DNA of 64,000 nucleotides from Malacoraja senta (lineage: Eukaryota), in contig JAXLNO010000627.1 in NCBI GenBank assembly GCA_038087875.1, forward strand, positions 310,001 to 374,000, given 5' to 3'. Shown here one piece after another: positions 11,446 through 25,654 of this stretch (the stretch's first letter is position 1; each line of letters begins with the position of its first letter). Below the pieces are notes generated by a model. The model was not told where the DNA came from. It did not search any database and saw nothing but the letters and a program-made list of their open reading frames with translations. The position numbers were made by a program, and so were the translations under genes.

Positions 11446-11808
11446 CACAAAGTGCTGGAGTAACTCAGCGGATCAGGCAGCATCTCTGGAGAACATGGAC
11501 AGGTACAAAGTGCTGGAGTAACTCAGCGGGTCAGGCAGCATCTCTGGAGAACATGGACAGGTACAAAGTTCTGGAGTAACTCAGCGGGTCAGGCAGCATC
11601 TCTGGAGAACATGGACAGGTACAAAGTGCTGGAGTAACTCAGCGGGTCAGGCAGCATCTCTGAGAACATGGACAGGTACAAAGTGCTGGAGTAACTCAGC
11701 GGGTCAGGCAGCATCTCTGGAGAACATGGACAGGTACAAAGTGCTGGAGTAACTCAGCGGGTCAGGCAGCATCTCTGGAGAACATAGACAGGTACAAAGT
11801 GCTGGAGT
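11446..11808 (-). repeat. 58-bp tandem array (~6 units) derived from a Penelope-like element terminus
   Basis: Unit aaagtgctggagtaactcagcgggtcaggcagcatctctggagaacatggacaggtac repeated almost perfectly. Confidence 0.9.
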
Positions 11809-12530
11809 ACCCTCCAACGGGATCCCACCACTGGCCCCATCTCCCTGTCTGCTTTCCGCAGAAACCTCTGCCTCCGTAACTTCCTGGTCAATTCATCCCT
11901 TCAAAACCACCCCCTCCCCTGGTACTTTCCCTTGCAACCGCAGGAAATGCTACACTTGTCCTTTACCTCCCCCCTCGACTCAATCCAAGGACCCAAGCAG
12001 TCTTTCCAGGTGTGGCAGAGTTTCACCTGCACCTCCTCCAACCTCATCTATTGCATCTGCTGTTCTTGGTGTCAGCTGCTCTACATCGGTGAGACCATGC
12101 GCAGGCTTGGCGATCTCTTCGCCAACACCTCCGCTCAGTTCGCAATAACCAACCTGATCTCCCGGTGGCTCAGTACTTCAACTCCCCTTCCCATTCCTAA
12201 TCGGAACTTTCTGTCTTGGGCCTCCTCCATTGTCAGAGTGAAGTCCGGCGCAAATTGGAGGAACAGCACCTCATATTTCGCTTGGCCAGTTTACACCCCA
12301 GCGGTATGAACATTAACTTCACCAATTTCAGATAGTCCCTGCTTTCTCCCTACTTCTCCTCCCCTTCCCATCTCTCCCACAGCCTACTATCTCCGCCTCT
12401 TCCTTTATTTTTCCCGCCACCCCCACTCCCACATCAGTCTGAAGAAGGGTCTCGACCCGAAACGTCACCCATTCCTTCTCTCCATAGATGCTGCCTCACC
12501 CGCTGAGATTCTCCAGCATTTTTGTCTACT
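11809..12530 (+). mobile_element. Penelope-like element 3' fragment (GIY-YIG endonuclease remnant plus terminal repeat)
   Basis: FTCTSSNLIYCICCSWCQLLYIGETMRRL GIY-YIG-type motif, followed by the terminal sequence containing a hammerhead-like motif. Confidence 0.85.
12435..12470 (+). ncRNA. Minimal hammerhead-ribozyme-like motif in the Penelope terminus
   Basis: CTGAAGA + A + GGGTC-TC-GACCC hairpin + GAAAC + GTC; matches the hammerhead core described for Penelope-like elements. Confidence 0.6.
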
Positions 12531-13136
12531 TTAGAGATATGGAAGTGTAAGGTGTGAAACCGATTCCTCCAGTTACTCCAGCACTGTGTCTATCTTCGGT
12601 GTAACCAGCCTAGAGTCATAGAGTGATACAGCATGGAAACAGGCCCTTTTGCAGGGCAAGTGTTTTTTACACAGAGGGTGGTGGGTGCCTGGAACGTGCT
12701 GATGATGGTGGTAGTGAAGGAATATACGATAGTGGTGTTTTTAAGATGCCTTGGATAGGAACGTGGATATGCAGGGAATGGAGGGATATGGATCACGTGC
12801 AGGCAGCGGCACCGCAGGAACTTTAAATCTTCGACCGCCGGCCTGCGGCCTACACCAACCTGAAGCGGCGGTCTCCGGTGGGGGAGGCACCGATTCAGGA
12901 CAGACCGACTTTTAGTCATCTGGACGCCCGCAGCGGTGGCTGCGGAGGGTTGAGGTCCCGACCACGGGGGAAAATGTAGGAGGACTGGCCAAATTTTGTG
13001 CCTTCTACCACAGTGATGAATGCTGTGGTGGATGTTTGTGTTAAATTTTTATTGCATTTTTGTGTGTTCTTTTTCATTGCACCGCTGCTGGCAAATTCAT
13101 TTCACTTGCACTTAATGTGCAAGTGACGAATAAAAC

Positions 13137-13169
<33 letters not shown>

Positions 13170-13545
13170 AGTATAATTTGTTCGGACCAGACATTGTGGG
13201 CCGAAGGGCCTGGTACGACATGTTTAATCACTTTGTGATATTTAGTTTTGTTTAGACACGAAGTGCTGGAGTAACTCAGCAGGTCAGGCAGCATCTCTGG
13301 AGAGATGGAATGGGTGATGTTTTGGGTCGCGACAGAAAGTCAGGGGAGAGGGAAATAAGTTTAGTTTTCTTTAATTTAACTGAATTTAATTTAACTTAAT
13401 TTAATTTAACTTAGGTTACATAATTTAGTTTAGTTTAGTTTAGATTAATTTAGTTCAGTTTAGTTTAATTTAGATTAATTTAATTTAGTTTAATTTTCAT
13501 TAATTGAGTTTAGTTCAGTTTAGTTCAACTTAAGTTAGTTTAGTT
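13137..13545. repeat. (GATT)n microsatellite (13137-13169) and (A[G/A]TTT)n pentamer tract (13358-13545)
   Basis: Direct inspection; probably retroelement tails. Confidence 0.85.
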
Positions 13546-13843
13546 TATTGTCATGTGTACCGATGTACAGTGAAAAGCTTTGATGCGTGCTAACCAGTCA
13601 GCGGAAAGAATATACATGATTACAATCGTCCACAGCGTACAGATACAGGATGAAGGGAATAACGTTTAGTGCAAGGTAAAGTCCAATTAAAGATAGTCTG
13701 AGGGTCTCCAATGGGGTAGATGGGAGGTCAGGACTTTTCTCTAGCTGGTGAGAGGACGGTTCAGCTGAGTAACCAGATATCAGCCGGGAAGATGAAGTAA
13801 AGTTGGATTAAAGATTGGAATTTAGTACATTATATCTCCACAG

Positions 13844-13945
13844 ATTATGAACCCCTAGATATGTTACATGCCTTTCTCCAAGTTAAATTACAATCAGGTC
13901 AGAGACTAAATATTTCCCAATTCTCCGTATCTCTTTCATCTTGTG
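13844..13945 (+). CDS. IZUMO-like gene, exon 3 (102 nt, phase 1-1)
   Basis: tctccacag acceptor, G|GTGAG donor; open frame (D)YEPLDMLHAFLQVKLQSGQRLNISQFSVSLSSC. Confidence 0.6.
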
Positions 13946-14044
13946 GTGAGGAGGGAGCGCCGCACTGCGGGAGGGAGGGAGGGTTTCGATCCTTGAATTA
14001 CTTGTTATTAATTTAACTCCTTCCTACTTTTCACCACTCCTCAG

Positions 14045-14065
14045 CTGTCTGTGGGGACGATTGCA
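14045..14065 (+). CDS. IZUMO-like gene, 21-nt microexon 4
   Basis: Strong pyrimidine tract + cag acceptor, A|GTGAGT donor; encodes (A)VCGDDC, a CxxxC motif like IZUMO1 YCPNKC and IZUMO3 ACSEDC. Confidence 0.65.
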
Positions 14066-14909
14066 GTGAGTTACAACTGTTTCTGTACCAGCCTCGAAAA
14101 TTAGCAGTTAGATTCACACTTGTACCAGCTGTCAAATTTACCCGGCCCCTACACCCCCTCTCCCCCCCCCCACGGACCCCAACACCCCTCCCCGTCTCTG
14201 TCACCCCCTCCCCTCCCCTCCGGCCCCTACACCCCATCTCCCTGACTCTTTAACCCCCTCCCCCCCACTGACCCCAACACCCCTCCCTTTTACTGTAACT
14301 CCCTCACCTCCAGATCCTACTCAAAAGCCGGACCGATGAAGGCCAATGTTGACCATCTTGACCACCTTATCTACCTGTGATGCCACTTTCAGGGAACTCT
14401 GTACCTGCACTCCTTGATCCCTCTGCTCTACAACACTACCCAGAACCCAACCATTCACTGTGTAGGTCCTGCCCATGTTAGACTTCCCAAAATAAAACAC
14501 TGTAGCGAGTCCAAACTTTGTGGTCAAACAGTTACTTTATTTGGTGAGATAAGTTTGACATACATGTGCGTTGGGACTCTCTAACATATTGAGTCATTGC
14601 TGCTGCTGCTGAGCGAGGGTGTTGACTTGAGCTCAGCTGCCTGTAGACTGGTGATCTCAAGGTAAGATCTGTTGATACAGCAGGACACTCGCCTTAACCC
14701 ATGACGTCACGTGACAGTTGTCGTAACCACTGACGAGGGCTCGACTTTAAGTGGTCTGACCATCAGGTGATGCCCCCAGAAGCGAAGGAATGAAAACGAG
14801 CAGGCCAACGAAACGCGGCAGCCAAAACTCGTAAACCCACAGGCAAAAAGGGATAGAGCGCGCTCACCTTCTACCGGAAGGTGCGCAAGCATGGTTGACA
14901 GTGGCTCCT

Positions 14910-15056
14910 GCTGTGGGTCGGGGGCACCCCGGCTGTGGGTCGGGACGGTGGGGCCCGAGGGCACAGCCAGTGCTCCGGCTGTGGGTCGGGACGGTGGGGC
15001 CCGCGGGCACAGCCAGTGCTCCGGCTGTGGGTCGGGACGGTGGGGCCCGCGGGCAC
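14910..15056. repeat. 46-bp GC-rich tandem repeat (~3 units) within an unidentified repeat
   Basis: Unit ggctgtgggtcgggacggtggggcccg(a/c)gggcacagccagtgctcc starting at 14931, 14977 and 15023. Confidence 0.8.
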
Positions 15057-16548
15057 AATCGACCATCCCAGCCGTATGCCGAGGAGTACAAGGAGACCAA
15101 TGCAAAAGCCGCAGGATGGAAGAGATACAGTCGCATCTCATCGACCAGCAGGGGATCGTGTCCCGAGAAATACGGCCCCCAGCAACAGCTGGGAGAGATC
15201 GGCAACAATGCAAACCAAAGAAAACACAACAAAGAATTAAGAATATATTAACAGCTAAACCAGGCGAGGTCATTACAGTGTAACAAGTGAAAAGAGAAAG
15301 AAAAAAATCTACAATGAGCAAACAAGTCCAAAGTGGTGGGAAACTAAAAGTTCAAATTGTCCAATGTCTGATGAGAAGCTGTGCTGGAAGCTGGAACACT
15401 GCGGGTTGCAGTGTCATCATCCGCCCTGAAGAGGCGCTGTTAATGGCGACAGGCTGCAGATACACCATTCCAACTGAGGTGGCGCTGTAGCCGGCAGTCA
15501 GCTTGCAGAGACATAAATAGTAAATACCCAACAAAAAATCATATTCATCAGTCATCAAATCAATTCATCTAAATTCAATTACTAGATCTAAACATCCCAT
15601 TCTTAAGAAAAGGCTAAGAATATTTTTTTAAATAGCCAAAGTATCCAAATAACAAACTGATCCCATTCACACAAGAATTCACAACATAACATGATTTTTA
15701 AATCTCACTTTGTCATGAATTTCTATGCCAAATGGAAGGAATTGAATGTTTAATTGCCATTACTTTTTCTCTTTCTCACTGCAGCAGGCAAGGGCCGTTT
15801 CACACAGACATTTGTTCAAATCCAGAAACATCCACTCTCAAGATAATCAAAATCATTATTTTTTGCACAATCATGTCATAACAACATCTAAATAATCCAT
15901 ATTTGTGTTATTGCCTATCCACGATCAATATTTACATACTAAACATCTCACTGAAACTTTGCTGTGGAAGTTTTCAGATATTTAGTATGAAAATATTAAT
16001 CATGGATAGACCATAATACAAAATATAGATTATTTAGGTTCTTATGATATGATTGTGCAAAAAAAAAAAGAATTTGATTATCTTGAGAGTGGCTGTTTCT
16101 CGATTGTGATCGATCGGAATGTGGCCGCAAAACTTATGATTTAAGCCCCTATCGGCAGGCAAGACACAGGGTCCTAAATAACATTTTTCGCATCATCAGA
16201 TTAAAATGAAACCACACCAAAAAGCAAGAAAAGATGTCAAATTAACGGCATACCTTTTGTTTTGTCCTGCACTTGCGATCCGTGATGTTGAAGGCGTTGA
16301 CGGCGTTAGAAGTCGCGTTTAACTTCAATCCAGCGATGCAATCGATCAACAACTTTCTTTTTTGAAACGGGGACGGGATCGCAGATCGATTTTTCTTCAT
16401 CAGCTTGAAGTCCGAGCAAATTCCTCTCCGACAACCAATACAAACCTGCATTTTAATCCTCCCCCCCTCAACAGCCTCTGGAATCGCATGCACATGCAGT
16501 GGGAAGATCTGGAGAACCACTGATGGTAGGGTTTTGTAACAACACTAG

Positions 16549-19067
<2,519 letters not shown>

Positions 19068-20819
19068 TCTATACTAAAACTTCTGATCTTGGACGTATCT
19101 CTGTAATTGTGTATATGTGTGTGTGTCTTTACATCTTCGCGAAAAAACGACACAGTAACGATAAAATGTTTACATCTTCCGGTTGACATTTTTCCCGTCG
19201 AGGCCGGGATCACCTTAACTGAACATTTCATCTTTTATTTCTCGACTTTTTACAGATTAAAGTTGAAAGTCGTCAAAAGACTGAATTTAAAACGACTAGC
19301 TTTCACTGATGACATCACAATGGGTCTGCTTGTTGCTCAGAATCTTCCATTCGGTTCGAGTGACGTCACCCCCCGCTATCCCTCCCCCCCCCCACCCCGG
19401 TTATTCAAAAGGCGCCGCCGTGGAAGAAAGGACGAGCCCGAAGATGAAGTCGGGCCCTGGATCGGCCGATCTCGAGGTCCTCGGGAGGCTGCTCCTGCAG
19501 GCCGAGCCCGGCGACTGGGGTTGGGACTGGGCCTGGGGCTGGGACTGGGACTGGGATTAGGCCTGGGCTAGAGCAGTGCTTGGACCTGGAGTGAGGGCAG
19601 AACCCTCTGCTCTCTTTCTCTGTCTCTGCCCTCTCTCTCGCTGACTTTGCCCTCTCTCTCTCTGGCCTCCATGTCCCTGCCCTCTCTCTCTGCCTGCCCG
19701 CTCTCTCTGTCTCTGCCATCTCTCTCTGTCTCTGCACTCTCTCACTCTGTCTCTGCCTTTCTCCCCATCTGTCTCTGCCCTCTCTGTCTCTGTCTCTGCC
19801 CTCTCTCCCTGTCTCTGCGCTCTCTCAACCCTTCCTGCCCCCCTCCGTCTATTCTCCCCCTCCCTCTCTGCCCCCACTCGCTCTCTGCCCCCATTTCCTC
19901 TCTGCCACCCCTCCCTGTGTGGCCCCTCACTTTCTGCCCACCCCCTCCCTTTCTGCCCCCCGTTTCCACTCTGCTCCCCTCCCTCTCTGTCCCCCTAGCT
20001 CTCTGCCCGCCCTTCTCTGTCTGCTCTGTCCCCTCCGTCCCTGCCCCCCTCCTTCTCTGCCCCCCTCCTCTGCCCCCCACCATCTATGCCCCCCACCATC
20101 TCTGCCCTCTCCATCTCTGCTCCCCTCATACTCTGCCCCCTCCCTCTCTGCCCCCCTCCCTCTCTGCCCCCCTCCCTCTCTGCCCCCTCACTCTGTCCCC
20201 CCTCCCTCTCTGCCCCACTCTCTCTGCCCCTTCCCTCTCAGTCCCCGTCTCTGTCTGACCCCGTCGCTCTCTGCCCCCTCCCTCTCTGACCCCTTCCTCT
20301 CTGCCCCCTCCCTCTCCCTCTGCTCCCCATCCCTCTCTGCCCCTACCTCTCTGCTCTCCCCACCCTCTCTGCCCCCTCCCTCTCTGCCCCCTCCCTCTCT
20401 GCTCTCCCGTCCTGCCCTCCCTCTCTGTGGAGTGGTGAGTATTGTGAGCTATGCGTGAGTGGTGGAGTATTGCGTTCGGGAACCATCCCCTGTGACGTTG
20501 CGCCCCCCCCCTCAAACTGTACCCCCTCCCTCCCTCTCTACCCCTCTCCCTCTCCCCCTCTACCTCTCTCACCTTCTCCCTCTCTACCCCTCTCACCATT
20601 CCCCTCCCTCTCCCTCTCTACCGCCCCCTCCCTCTCCCTCTCTAGCCGCCCCTGCGCATTTGGGGACTATACGTGAGTGGATAGGGCGGGTGATGGGGTA
20701 AATGAGCGAATTAATAATATTAAGGGGGTGGGGGGTTAGTGTGTGTGTGTGACGCCGCAGCCCCCCCCCCTACAACCGCGCATTGAGGGGCGGGACCCAA
20801 CGGTTCCCACTAGGTCTGG
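19068..20819 (+). mobile_element. Non-autonomous Helitron-like element, copy B (head-to-tail with A)
   Basis: Starts TCTATACTAAAAC; 3' hairpin at 20792-20808; ends CTGG followed by T. Confidence 0.7.
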
Positions 20820-20864
20820 TAAAATATAAAATTGAGAGTGTAAAAGGACAAAGGAAGTAAAGTC

Positions 20865-21965
20865 AGTTAAACGCTTGAGTAAAATGTTTTTAGCTGCCGT
20901 TTAAAAACGTCAACTGAGTGGGCGTCTCTCATAGCTCTGGGTCGGGTATTGCACAGCTTGGGGGCGTAATTGAAAAAGGCTGCTCCACCAATGTTCTTAT
21001 TGCTGCGGCCTTGAGTGGCAAACAGGCCGGCATCAGAAGAGCTGAGCGCTCGAGTAGGGGCATAGGGAAGGAGGGACATTGTAAAATATGCTGCTCCTAA
21101 ACCATTTAATAATAATAATAATAGATTTATTTTATATAGCGCTTTTCAGGACTCAAAGTCGCTTTACAATTGAGAGTCAGGAATAAACAAAACAAAATAG
21201 AGCAGTAAGACAGAGGGGAGGGGAACATGGGACTAAGGGTATGCAGAGGTGAAGAGATGGGTCTTGAGGCGGGACTGGAAGATGGTGAGGGACTCAGAAT
21301 TTCGGACCGGTTGTGGGAGGGAATTCCAGAGCCTGGGAGCTGCCCTGGAGAAGGCTCTGCCTCCAAAAGTGCAGAGGTTTGAATTCGGAGTGGAGAGGAG
21401 ACCAGCTGATGAGGATCTGAGGGACCGTGAGGGTTGGTAGGGGGAGAGGAGGTCAATGAGATAAGGGGGGGCCAGGTTGTTGAGGGCTTTGTAGGTGAGG
21501 ACCAGGATTTTGTAGGTGATCCGGTGGGAAATGGGAAGCCAGTGAAGTTCTTTGAGAACTGGGGTGATGTGGTGCCAGGAGTTGGTGTGGGTAATGAGTC
21601 GGGCGGCTGCATTCTGGACCAGTTGGAGTCGTTTGATGCTGCTGGAATTGATTCCGAAAAGAAGAGAGTTACAGTAGTCCAGTCGGGAGGAGATGAAGGC
21701 ATGGATGAGTCTTTCAGCAGCGGGGGGTGTGAGAGACGATCTGATTTTTGCAATGTTGCGGAGGTGAAAAAATGATGTTTTGACAACATGGCGGATGTGA
21801 GGCTCAAGGGAGAGGGTTGAGTCAAGGATCACGCCAAGGTTGCGTGCCTGAGGAGATGGGGAGACAGTGGTGCCGTCGATAGTGAGGGCTTTAGAGACAA
21901 GAATGAGGATTTTATAGTCTATCCTGGATCTCACAGGGAGCCAATGAAGGGAGTACAAGACGTTG
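20865..21965 (-). mobile_element. Older L2 3' fragment interrupted by a younger L2 (21108-21888)
   Basis: Outer pieces: LHWLPVRSRIDYKILILVSKAL and GGAAFFNYAPKLCN. Inner piece: RNLGVILDSTLS...LHWLPI...AAPRLWNSLP with a (TTA)n tail, near-identical to 62037-62810. Confidence 0.85.
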
Positions 21966-21974
21966 GCGAGGCGG

Positions 21975-22465
21975 GATTCGGATTACTGTATTCAGTTGTG
22001 GTCACCCAGCTCTATCAAGCTTGCCACTAAACTGTAACGAGTGCAGATCATGCTGCCCGGACTTGAAGGCCTGAGCTACAGGCAGAGGAAGGGCAGTCTT
22101 GGAATGTATTCCCTGAACCGCAAGTGCCTGAGCGGTGATCTTACAGATGTGAATAAAATCACAAGAGCATAAGGTGAATGCCAATTAGTTTATTGCAGCG
22201 GTAACAACAACCAGAGAATATGAGGAACCTGATGGCGACCTTTCCATACAGAGGGTGTTGTTTCTATGGAACGAGTTGCGAGAGGATATAGTTGAGGCAG
22301 GCACTATAAGAACATTCAAAGAACAGTTTGATGGGAACAAGGATAGGAATGGTTTGGGGGGGAATATGGGACAAACAAGAGCAGGGGGGAGTAGTGTAGG
22401 TAGAGCATTTTGTACGGAATGGGGAAGTTGGGCAGAATGGCCTGTTTCCATGTTGTGTGACTCTA
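21975..22465 (+). mobile_element. Old CR1 3' fragment
   Basis: DYCIQLWSP...MLPGLEGLSYRQR and LWNEL..IVEAGTI.TFK motifs. Confidence 0.65.
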
Positions 22466-23402
22466 CGATTATATGGCGAAAACACGCATGGGCTGTTCAG
22501 TCCTTCCGTTTAACAGAATTCACCTGCTCTCTTCTGACAAGAATAACTTCACCGTGTCCACTTGACTGAATTCCGATCTGTCCTTGTAACAAACGATGGA
22601 CTGTCGACCTGAAGGATTATTCTAGATCCTCTCTCCAGAGAAGCTGTCCGATTTGTGGTGGTGGTGGTAGGGGGGGGGGGGTGCTCGGCTCAATGTGTTC
22701 GTGACATTGTCGCCAGTCACGGAGCCAGTTTGTTCGCCGGTATCGAAGGGGGGAAACTTAAAACGATCATTTTACAAATCACAGATTCTCCACATAGACC
22801 AATTTCAACGTCGACTAACGTTGAGGAATGAGGAAACGTTGCTGCCCACATCTGAGAGAGAGCCGATCACCACTGCCTCCTCCCCAGAGAGAAGGGTGAC
22901 CTCAGCTGTGATGAGGTTGTGGCACCTGTGTCCATACAAATGCTCATTATTAACATCCATATATATTCTAATTATTCTCATATATTCAGACGCTCCAGGG
23001 GACACGAACATTTTATATTCGCTTTGGGAATCCGATCCCCACCACCATTACACCCACCCATCGGACACCCAGCGACAAGGAGACAGTTATTGGAAGTGAT
23101 TAGAATAGTTTATTGTGGTCACTATGAACAACCTGTTCCTGTGTGATTCTCGCACAAGGTGGTGTGACAGCGCGCTGTTATCCCGTGACTTACAATATCT
23201 AGTATTACTGCACCCGGACAATATTGACATGATACTGTGTAGAAAGGAACTGCAGACGCTGATTTATTTCATGTGAACGCTTGGTTGTATACGGCAGCTA
23301 CTGAGTTATATAATTCGCACACCGGATAACTCGTGAAAACATCGGTGTAAGTTGTATAAATCTGTTCAATGTTCTACTATATTTATAAATAGACTGGGAA
23401 TA

Positions 23403-24301
23403 CTAATGTTTCAATGATATGATTAATTTCACAATGAAATTCACGGGGTATGTAACCATGGTCTTCAGCTCTTCTCGGAACATTCTCTGGGTCAGGACAT
23501 AAATACACGTGTTGGTGCAGGTACTCAGAACCTGGAGCATAAACGAAATTGTCTGAAGTTCACTGTCCGCGAAATTCTCAGCGCCTAACACGCGCTCAGC
23601 CACAACATATACAACCATTGTACTCCACAACGCGATGAAACTGCCAGATATGCTGAAGAGTAAAACGATAGATTTCCTCCGGCTGTCCATCTCCGGATCC
23701 TTGCCATTCTCTCCACTGTTGCGGCCCCGGAGCAATCTGCGGACTCTACCAGAGACTAGAATGTATCTGGCGGTCAATGAATTGACCAACAAAAACAAAA
23801 CGAACGGGAGACAAACAATTACAGTAAAGTACAACAACTCAAACGAAGTCCATGAAGGTGAGGTTAAGAATGACTGTGTCCAGGCACACCCTATGGGTTT
23901 ATTATCGGTAATATATACTGATTCGAATGTAAAATACCACGGTACGTTTATTAAACAGCTTAGAACAATTACCGTTCCGATAACAACATTCGCCGTTCGC
24001 TGGGTGCAATATTTTGTTTTCAGTTTCTGACAACAAATGGCCACAAACCGATCAAAGGTGAAACCCACGGTGAACCAGACAGAGATTGTTATCGCTGCGT
24101 TGGCCAGGGCCCAGTTGACGGAGCACACGGGGGTGATGGCGAAGAACGACAGCGGGAAATACATTCCAATAATGGACCTTATTATGACGTCAATGATGAG
24201 GATCATGAGGTCGGCCGCTGCCATTCCCACCAGGTAGCAAGTGATGCATTTGGAGAGACCGCACTTTCCCCGGGAAAGGATCACAATCGTCACCAAGTTA
24301 A
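23403..24301 (-). CDS. GPR139/GPR142-like orphan class A GPCR, exon 2 (end of TM1 to stop)
   Basis: Acceptor ttctttcgcag|TTAACTTGGTG; uninterrupted ORF with YLVGMAAADL (TM2), SVWFTVGFTFDRFVAICC (DRY variant), DPEMDSRRKSIVLLF and STCTNTCIY (NPxxY variant). Confidence 0.9.
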
Positions 24302-25654
24302 CTGCGAAAGAAGGAACGAAGGATGTTACAGTGTGTGGAGTTCACAAAGAATACCCTGAACTGAAAGGATTTCCGAGCGACATTTACTACTGAGTTTCAA
24401 GAACAAGTCACATCAGCAGTTAGATAATGAAAAGATACGTGGCACACACAGCTCCCGGGATCATGGTTGGATACGCTCTCCTGACTCTGGTTGTCCGCCG
24501 GTTACTTATCCAATGGAGAGATCATTCTGTATGTTAGCTGGGTGCTCTAATTGACTTCGCAATGCAGATGACAAGTGTGCCGGTGGCAGTGTGTGGATCA
24601 GTGTGGGAAAATAACCTGCAGGGTTAAAGTAAATCAGAAGGTCGCCGAGAGGCTGACGGTGCTCCTCTTTGGGAATGGGAAAACTAGATAGACCGTATGT
24701 CCTTCTTACCGAAAGATAAATGTCGTTATTGGAGCACAATGCATAGAGAGAGGTAGAGTCATTCCGCGTGTAAATAGGCTCTTCGGCCCAACTTGCCCAT
24801 GCCCCATCTCCTCTTGTTCCAACTGCGCATGTTTCGCTCTGATCCTTCTAAACCATTCCTATCCATGTACCTATCCAACATTGGGTCAATAAACACAACC
24901 GCCAACTACAGTTTGTGAAGACCAGAGCCTGTAACTGGGGCAGTAACCATTCAATTTGTAATCGTTCCACAGCTTCCAGTCCTGCAAAAGTTCGACTAAA
25001 TGCAAAGCAATATTCACAGGCTTCTTTACCCCGCAATTTACCTGCTATTCCCCACTGCCTATTCACTCTGCCCAGTAGCCACCGCACATTTATCCTGGCC
25101 AGTGTTGAACTTCCTTCACACGGCACAATCCAACTACACCTTCACCCACCCCAGTCCTCTCTACATATTCACTCTGCTGTGTCCACCGCAAACACAACCT
25201 GCCCAGCCTTTAACACCCCGCATCACTCTGCCCAGTTCCCACCTAGCTTCATCTTGCGTAGTGGCCACTGCACGTTGACCCTGCCGAGTACCAACCGCAC
25301 CGTCACACTCCCCCCTCTCCTGACTCCACTACGCCTACACCCTGCTCAGTACCTATCGCACCTGCCTTCATCTTCCCCATACTCCACAGCTCCATCGCCA
25401 TACCCATCCCCCACTGCACCTTCACCCGGCCAGGTTCCTACCAGGCCTTCACATTTTGGTTGGTTTATATGTCTGTAGATGACACGAACATGGCCGACGT
25501 ACACAGCGGAATAGAGATCAGCTACAGCAATGGACGGCGAAATGACAGATGGTGTAACATTGGAGCTGTGCGAGGTGTCATGGGAAGTCGGACATGGTGG
25601 GTGGGGGGTGGGATATACAACGAATGGCATGACCATTATCAGCAGTGATTAACG

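Noticed and set aside
11446..11808. CRISPR-like regular repeat array
   Set aside because: Contiguous tandem units without unique spacers, no cas genes, vertebrate context
14501..14780. Possible solo LTR (starts TGTAG, antisense AATAAA)
   Set aside because: No second LTR, primer-binding site, clear terminal CA or TSD identified
15470..16540. Possible DNA transposon remnant
   Set aside because: Looks repeat-like, but I could not define terminal inverted repeats or transposase motifs
22010..22075. Candidate IZUMO exon 5 (cccag|..TLSSLPLNCNECRSCCPDLKA*) containing CxxC
   Set aside because: Lies in a recognisable CR1 remnant (DYCIQLWSP...MLPGLEGLSYR in another frame), has a weak acceptor and an early stop; probably coincidental
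22695..23099. 134-aa ORF with a possible acceptor at ~22716 as a further IZUMO-like exon
   Set aside because: No CxxC, Ig-like or clear transmembrane signature; overlaps the likely 3' region of the antisense GPCR; cannot be supported
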